This document shows, piece by piece, positions 48,901 through 57,900 of a stretch of DNA of 64,000 nucleotides. The notes below the pieces were generated by a model. It was not told the DNA's origin. It made no database searches and worked only from the letters and a program-made list of their open reading frames with translations. The position numbers and the translations under genes are program-made. Positions within the stretch are counted from its first letter, which is position 1. The number at the start of each line of letters is the position of its first letter. The DNA comes from a virus. Lineage: Duplodnaviria > Caudoviricetes. The stretch covers positions 10,780 through 74,779 of IMG/VR virus record IMGVR_UViG_3300028832_000130; one strand, given 5' to 3'.

Positions 48901-51900
48901 CGGAAGCGTTCTTCTTGTTGTCGGTGTCAGTGCGGTTGACGCGCTTAACAGTACCGTCTTCGTTATATATAAACTCCTTTTTTCGTCCTGTGAGTTCGGC
49001 TATGCTGTAGCCTGCCTTGCGTATATAATTCTTAATCACATCAATCGGCGACAGACTCAGACCTGTAGACGAGTTAGCTATAGCTTCCTCGATTTCATGA
49101 TATCTACGCTGACCTTCTTCAGAAAGCCTACTTACAGGTATAGAGGTATAAGTGTCATTGTTGTTGGCATCTGTTTTCTTGATTTTCAGAGTGCTTTCCA
49201 AACCCTCGTGCAAACTCGTGGAAAGGTCAGGCATTGTCATGTCTTCGTCGGAATTCGCCGTTGCTCTGTCTGCTGCACCTTCGTTTGTGTTTTCTACACA
49301 GATAACGGGCTTCTCTCCGTTCTTTAGACACTCTACTGCGAACTTAGCACCTTCTTCTGCCTTTAAAGAGAGCAACACTTTTTTGACAATCTGATGGGTC
49401 TGGCTGGCAAATGGAGTGTTGTTAATACCCATATCTCGTGTACCAGGAGTGTGGTTTACTTCTCCCTGATCTTCTGCAGCATCATCGTTCATCTTGTCAA
49501 TGATGGGGTCAACATAGGTACGCTGAAACTGAATGATGTCATTAAAGAGGCCAATAATCTTGTCGTATTGTTCGTAATGCTTCTTTATGACATCTTCATC
49601 CTCAATGCCCTTCCAGTCTACCGTTACACCAGTCATGTTGCGCTCACGACGTATCATCTGACCTGCTTCTGTCAGAGCCTTAGACATTATCTCTTGGAAC
49701 GTAGCACCACCACGTTTAACGGCATCTATCAACTCGCTAACGGCAACACCTGCCTTACTGATTGCTGTGCGCAGCGAATAAAGAGGCATGTTGTCAGGAC
49801 GCTTAGCAAATGTAGCACTTATATATGTGATGCCTCCTGCTTTAGTAGAAACATATTGCAAGTAGTTTCCTCTTGCACTTTCTCCACCAGCCAAATGGCT
49901 TTCGTCCATTAAGACAATACTATTTCCTGCAAGATTCTCAATTGCATCACGCTTTGCTTGTCCGTTGACATCTGCTTTTGTGGCGGTCTTGTTCTTTCCG
50001 TAACTTCGAGCTTTCTTATTGCCGTTCTCATACTCCATAGTACCGTTTCCTACTTGACTATAGGTGGTAATCATGAAGTCGTACTCAGGCGGCAATTTGC
50101 CATTCTTGTTTATATATTCAAGAACTCGCTTCTGCTCTTTGTCGCTTGGCAGGTCAAAAAGTACTTCGTCTTTGCCGTCTTTTCTTTCTGTAATACGGGC
50201 CTTTATCTTGTCAGAGGCAAGGATAAACGGACGCAAACCATCGCTGTGGATATCCTTTATATCACGGTAAACGCTGGAGAAAAGCTCTGGCTTTGCTGTG
50301 AAATATACAGGGGCCTTGCCATTCTTGACAGCCCAACGGATTAATGCTGCACCCTGTCTGCCTTTACCTATACCGGTTTGGTCGCCGATGATAAAGGCAT
50401 CCCCCTTCTTCATTTGGTGGATAGCAAGTGCTACAGAATCAATCTGCTCTGCTGCTAGTGCTTGATACAGCTCTTCCTTGCTACTATAACCTAGTTCTTC
50501 AACAAGGAACTTATCTACGTCCCCTATAGCTTCAAGCGCTTTCTTTACAACGTCAGCCTGCTCTGCTGGCATCTGAGATTGTAAGTCAAACGGATTTGTA
50601 CTTTGTTTGCGATAAGGAACTTTTTCTGCTCCCAATTCGCGCTTTTGCTCGGGTTGTTTTACTGATAGTCCGGCTCCGCTATCCACAGCGTCTCCAGGAA
50701 GTCGCTGAGAGTTGCTTCCTCCGACAGCCACTTCTCCTGTTCCGTTTTCGCTGGATACAGTTTGGCTCCCTCTTGATTGCTCAGATTGATTCCCGCGTCC
50801 GTGAAGAAGTACAGGTCGTGTGCCCATTCCTCCATTTGTTTCTGGCTGGGCATTTCCTCCCCCTCCTTCGGCTTTGGCGCTTGCATCGCTCCGCTGTACA
50901 TCGACGACAGGCTCAGTTGATAGTTGATGTTCTCCTGAGCTTCTTCCGTCCCGCACATTTCGTACTCCCTTTTCATTAGAAGAACTAACATGTCCATTAT
51001 CAGATAGTCCTCCATTCTGTCCGCTTTCTGCGGTGTGAACACTAGAGGATGTATCTCCGTCGTGTTCCTTGTTACGTAATATGTCATCGTTTACTCGTTT
51101 AAATAATTCATCGTATGTCTTAACCTGCTCGGCACGTGCCTTGTCACGTACAGGAGCATATACTGTCGGGTCGTACTTAGGCTTGCGTCCGTTAATGAGA
51201 ATCATTCTGACGGGATAGCCAGTGCCCTGCTTAGTGTAAAGCGCCTTACCGTCCATGTTGATAACGTCGACTACGTTGTAGGCTTGGTACAGATAATTTA
51301 GGAATTGTCTGTCTTTTCCCTGTACGGCACCATTGCGCTTATACTCTGTGTTACCGCCAATGATGATAGCTGCACGGCCATCGTCCTTCATTGCATCGAG
51401 GGCATTGAGTGCCATTTGCTGTTCAAGTGACGAAATCTCATATACTCCCCATTCCTTTGGTAATACGCTGCCGAATGGTGGATTAGTGACGATAACATCG
51501 TACTTCTTCTTGCCAAACGACTTTGTACCGTCTTGACTGGTAACCTCACCAAATCCCTGCTTCTGTAAGTTGGAGAGTCGCATTTCATCAATGTCGTTGA
51601 CGTGCATTATCTCCTTTGGCAGATTGATAGTCAGCATACCGTTGCCGGCTGATGGTTCCAAACCACTCTTAGCCTTTTTCTGCGGGTCTACGAACTTGCC
51701 CATCAAGAACGCCATCGGTGCAGGAGTAGAGTACTGCTGCTTGTTGATGCGGTCATTGTCTCTTGCGCTTAACGTAGGCTGCCATTCATAGAGGTGCTTG
51801 ATATGTTCAAACTTCTGTTCATCATTCAAAGCTTCTGTATTGGCAATGTCTCTTGCGACGTTGACAATCTCTGCCTCTACCAACTCCTGCAGGTCAGTCA

Positions 51901-54900
51901 TGCTCATATCATCAAGACCGTATTCCTTGGCTCTCGCCTTTACTCCCTGCATAGTCTTTAAGGAAATGTTACCGTGCATCACTGCATCAAACAATGCCTC
52001 GTTGACAAACTTGCTAAAAGCAGCAATCTTATCCTGTCTGTCTGCAAACTCCGCTGAGTCGCCTTCCAGTTCTTCGGCTGGTTTTGCAGCTTCTTGCTGC
52101 AAAGATACATCATTTTCTGCTTCGTTGTTCTCCGTTTTGTTAACGTTAACAGCTTGGTCTTCTGCCTTACCATTCTTTAACTTTTCAGCATGTTCACGGA
52201 GGCGCATACGCTCACCATCAACGGTGTATTTCTGCTCCCATACTTCACTGATAAAGTCGTTGATAAGGCTATCATCCCAACCAAGAACATCTTTCAGCTT
52301 ACGGCCAATGGCATCTGCCATCTGCTTACTCCATGCTTGGAAGTCATGAATACCACTCTTGATATAGGCATAACCCACCTTTGATGATACTCTCAACAAG
52401 TCGCCAAGGAAAGCACGCTGGGCTTCGTTGGTACCAGTCATCATATCAAATAGGTTCGTCTGTGCCTTGTCGTTGCCTTCAAGACCCTTGCGCATGAACT
52501 TACCAAGTACGCTATTGCCCTTGGCATTATTCAAGAAGTCGTCGAACTCCTTCAAGGCTGCATCAATATCTGCCTGGTCTTGGGCTTTGCGTTCCTGCTC
52601 GGCTTTAAACTCAGTGGCAGCTTGATTGATAGCTTCCATCGGGTCGGAAGTCTCTTTGCGCAGCTGTTCTCCTACTTCGGCATTATGAAGCTGTGCCTCT
52701 ACTTGCTCCATGATTGGGCCAAGATTGTTGGCAGGATTCTCCAAAATACCTCTTAACTCAGCAAGGTTCTTTCCTTCGATACGGAAGCGCCCGTCACCAA
52801 TAGGAATACGACCAGAGACATCATCACGGGTTATCCATGCTCTGCCGGAATCCTTGTCGTAGTGGAATTCATATTGCCACTGGGGACCAGTTGACTTCTG
52901 CTCTTCCTTTGGCTGTTGCGCTCTATTATATATACTATTGTAATAGAACTGCGAGATAGCGCTGTTATCTTCGCCCTTCAAGAAGTCTATAGCGTTCAAC
53001 TTCTCGTCCTCGGTAGCCTCGGTATCAGCCATGATCTGCTCTTCGGTAAGAGGATGAAGTGTTAAATATTCCTCTCGGCTCAAAGATTTTGGCTGATTTT
53101 CTTGACTCGTATCAGAATTTTCTGTATCTTTGCCCTCAGAAACATTGTCACCTTGCGTAGGAAGGAGGTCCGGCACAGCTTCTTGCTGTTCAGCTAAGCG
53201 CCATTCAGAGCTGTTGGGTGACAATGATTCGTTTTTATACAGCATCTTGTCATTCATCAGCTTGTCTTTCAGCTTGCTCTCTTTTATGATATGCGAGCTA
53301 ATAGACACCTCCATGCCATCCTGAGAGACAGTAACACTTTCGAAGTGAACGTACTTGGTTCCGTCTGGCTTAACGAATGTTTTAACAAAGATGTATGATG
53401 ATGGACGCTCATGGAATACGCTATCTTCGCTATCCATTTCTTCAAGCACAATGTCTGGATTGGTAATAGTTTCAAGCAACATACCATACTGCTGCTCTCT
53501 TCCTTTTACAAACATCTTCTCTTTCTGGTGCTCACCCATCTTTACGCTTCCGACAGGTGTGCTAACGTTGTTCTGCCAGTTTTCATCGTTAATCTCTATG
53601 ACGGGTGCGACAGTTGCATGCTCCTTCATTGCTTCTATTGTCGCTACAGCATCCTCTTCTGACATTCCCAACGGCCGTTGTGTAACTGGGGGCGCAAACG
53701 GTAATCCACCCGTAGGAATGTCGGCGTTCTGCTCTAAGGTTTCTCCTTCTTCCGGCTCGTAGTTCTCTTGGTTGACAAGAGCGTTCTCTGCTTCAGCTAC
53801 ACGGTTCTGTAACTGGTACTCTGTGAGGTCGTACTTGTCAAGAGCACTACGGAACATCTCTTCCAGCTCACGGCTGATATCCTCGGTGTCGAAACGGTCA
53901 CCGCTAGACTCCCATACTTGATGTACGAAAGCATCCCATGTCATACCGTCACCGCCATTCTCACGACGGGCTGTAAACATGCTCTGCACCTTGGCGGCAT
54001 CTTTGCCAATACCCATATCCCAACCAAGAGCCTGACCGAAGGAGTCGGGGTCGAACATGCGACCCTTGCCAAGCCATGAAGAGATAAGTTCGCGGAGGTC
54101 ACGCCAAGCAGAGAATTCATCGTCGAACAAGTCGCCATAGATAAGCTTAGCCATCTTGATACGCTTGGCATAGCTGGGTACACGTCTGCGGTCAAGCAAC
54201 CATCTACGACCATCGGCTGTTCCCTTTTTTGCGGCAATATCCTGCAAGTCTTTCTCCGTAATCTCTTCTGCCTTGCGGCGTTCCTCTTCTTCCTTGGCGA
54301 TAAGGCCTGACACCTTCTGAGTGTGTGCAGGTTGTATCTCTTCTGCTTTCACACCTGCCTGTAATGCGGCATTGAGTATTTCGTCAGCCTTCTTCTTGCT
54401 CGTAGCCTGGCTCATCTGCTGAATGAAAGGCTGCGGGTCAACGTAAGGAGGATTGAGTTCAAGATAACGTGCCTTTACCTTATTATAATAGTCAACGATA
54501 GCCTGCAGACGCTTCTGCTCCATAAGGTCTTCCGGCTCAAAGTCGCCATTCTGTATCTTCTTGTTAACCTTGTCAAGCTGCTTCTGTGCCTTGTTGATGT
54601 TGGCCTGCGACATCATGTTAACGTCCCAACCATCTTCCTGCATGTCGTTGATGGTCTCGTCGATGCTCTGCTGTCCTTCGTGATACAGCTTGGCACCCGT
54701 CTTTTCGTCTACAGGAATCTGTGCGGGTTGCTGTTGGAGCTGTTGTGTAGTATCAGCGGCAGGAGCGGGTGCCGAAGGTTCGTTTGCTCCAGTAGCATTC
54801 GCGCCACCTGCCTCACCTCCGACATTCTCGCTCTGTACCTGCTGTTGTGGTGCCTGTTGGTTCAATGTGCCATTGGGGTCGATAACCGTTGTTACGTTTT

Positions 54901-57900
54901 GACCAAGACGTTCACGCTCCATTTCCTCGAACTGGTCAAGGTTATAAGCGTTTCGTCCTATCGTATAGCCATCTGTATCACTTAACTGCACAAATTCACC
55001 CGTTGCATCATCAAATCCTATAATCAATCCAGAGGCGGAGTTGGTTATCTGTCCTTGCGAATTTGTAGTGATATCACCTGATACTAGGGTGTAGGTATTT
55101 GTACCATTGGTAATAGTCAGCACATTCTCGGTATCTGGTTGACCGTTGATTTTTCCTTTGAAAGTATGACGTTCACGTGACTTTTGTGCCTCTTTATCAA
55201 TTGCCTTTGCAGCTTCATTAAGCATACTTTCATAACGTGCCTTGGCATTATAGTAGTCAACCATAGACTGACGCTGTTCTGGTCTGAACGTGGTAAGCGA
55301 AGCGATAATTTCCTGCGGGGTGAGTTCCGCCTTCTCTCTACTTTCCACTTCTTGTTTCAGGTCCTCGTCCTTGTCAAAAGCTGCCTGACGTGCTGCTTGT
55401 GCCGCATTCCATTGGTCTTGAATAACCTTGCCTACATTATTCTGTGGGTCGATTGGCTCTTCTGTGCTGACAACTTTTTCTACGACCTCCTGTCCTGCAT
55501 TAGCACCCTTTTGCTGCTCATGCTCTACATGAACTTCATTGGAAGGGTAGGCTAGCTGCTCCAAGAAGTCGCGTGCCTGGTCTTGCATCTGCAAACCTTC
55601 CTCGTCAAGCTGCATGGGGTCTTGCTCTGCCAGCCACTTGACTGTGCCAGGGGTCCAGCCATTTTGTGCTTCAAACTCTGCAATCGCGGCCTGCGTTGCC
55701 TTCGCTTTCTCGACAACTTTGTTGAGTTTGAACTCTTGGAACTGCTTGCCAAGGGTTGTGTTTGGGTCATTCATCTGGGCTATAGCCTCTGCTTTGGCTT
55801 CTTCGCTAGTCCATGTGCCACTGTTCAGGCCCAAGAACTCGTCGATGATGTCATTAGCTTCTGAGAAACTAAGCTTAGTGCTCATGCTCAGATAGTCCTT
55901 ATAGTCTTGATGCTGCTGTTGCATCTTCAACTCGCCTTCATAAGCTTTGGCTTCTTCCTCGGTGTCGAATGACTGCTGGCTGATAGTGTTGCCGTACTTG
56001 TCGGTTGATGTTACCTGCCATTGCTTCTTTCCATCTTCTCCAGTAACTTCTTTAAGAGAGGAAAACTCCATGCGAGGCTGATAATCCACCATTTCGGCAC
56101 CTTCTTTCTCCAAAACGGCCTGCGTATATTTCAGAATGGCCTTTTTTCCCTCTGGAGAATAGACTGACGCATTTGTTTTATTACCGTATTTGTCTCTCTG
56201 CTTACTACTTCCCAGAATATAAGTGAGTGAATTCTTTAGTTCGCGAGGATCGGTGTAGGAATTGTCTATCATTGATTTAATATCTCCCCACAATTCGTCA
56301 CCGAATAGCTTTGCGTTTGCTTCGCTGACCTTATCAGGGTTGTAGTTAATCTTATGACCTACAAATCCTCCTGTATGAAGGGCTGACATAAAACCACCCA
56401 TCAGGGCAACGCCACAGAAAGTATCAATATTCTGCTGTAGATTGAACACACCAGTATCTTCTTTTGTATCAAAGGTCATGTCACCAACAGTAGCTGCGTT
56501 GGCGATATTTCCAATAACCTCTTCAAGATACTCATTACCTACACCATGCCACTGTGTTTTCTTGGCAAAATCTGCTAGACCTTGCGAGAAAGCACCGATT
56601 CCTTTTCCTGCAACCAGCTCATAGATAAACTTCTGTGCTTTGTTAAGGCTTACACCCTCAACGCTTCCAGTTGCTTTAAGCATTTTGCGCCCAGCCTTAC
56701 CAATAACAGCCTTTCCAATGACCTTTCCAAAGTAATCACTCAGGAAACCGAAGTAATTTCCGGCCATTTCTGACCAGTTCTCAATACCGGTATTGGTGAA
56801 TGCCTTAACAAAAGCCATCAATGGCTCTTCCTTGGTGTTTGGCTTAATGCCATTAAAAGTAATATCTCCGTTTGCATCTACGCCGATATTGACTTCTCCC
56901 GTCATTCTGCGTACTGCATCGGCTGCGGTTCTTGCAATTCCTGTTGTTGAAGCCATTCCATAGGCTCCTGCTATGTCTGCTACGGCTCTTGTGGCTATCT
57001 TGCTGGCAACAACACTCTTGATGTGGTCTCTTACCCACTTGCTACCATAACGCTTAACGGCATATTTTGTAAGCGTCTTCGTTGCTGCCTCTCCCAATCC
57101 GCTTAGTGGATTCAGAGCCATTTCAAGCATGAACGGGAGAGATTCGCCAGTTACCATACCAGCCTTTGCCCATCCGCTTAACTGCTCGTTATATTGCCCA
57201 CTGACAGCATTATTATATGCCCAATCATTCAACAAGGCTTTCTCGTTTTCAGAAAGTGGTTGCCCATTATCCTGTTTCATGATGGCCTGCATGATGGTAT
57301 AGCTTCTGTCAAACTCATTTATACCAAAATCCCATGTATCTTTCTTCGCTGCAGTATTCCAAACGTTGCGGGCTGCTGTAACGAGGCCAAGATTGCCAAT
57401 TCCGCCTTGCTGTTCGTAGCGATATTCATTGAGCAAGTCCATACTCTCCTGAACAAGGTCGCGACGGTGCCCAAGCACGTTTTCTTCTTTTGCGATGTCT
57501 TGCAACTCCTTACCATAAGCGCCAATACTCTCTTTTATCTGCTGCGATGAGGGTACAATGCCTATAACAGAAAGTGGATGGGTGACGTTATCAACGAAGT
57601 CAAAGAACTTGTCGAGGAAGGACTTGTCGCCTTCTGCTTTTTCTCTTCTGGCCTTCAGCTCTTCATATTGCCTATAGATGTCGTTCAACGACTTTTTTCC
57701 TTGTTCTTCTATCGAGCCAATAAATCTCTCATTGTTTGTAAGCTTTCTAAGCTCCTGCTCGGTGTCGTTGTACTCCTTTGCAAGTTGTGAATACTTCTGT
57801 CTGTCTGCTTCGCTGACCTTGTGCAAGCGTCCTTCCAGGTCTACCCAATCATGCGGAATCTTGTCCATTTCCTTTTTCAGGTCGTCTCGACGTTCAAAAG

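Noticed and set aside
53284-57525. Other same-strand alternative-frame ORFs in the giant gene (53284-53487, 53941-54237, 55552-55770, 56853-57038, 57319-57525)
   Set aside because: Here the giant frame is the protein-like one and the alternative frames are S/R/C-rich junk, unlike the two ORFs reported
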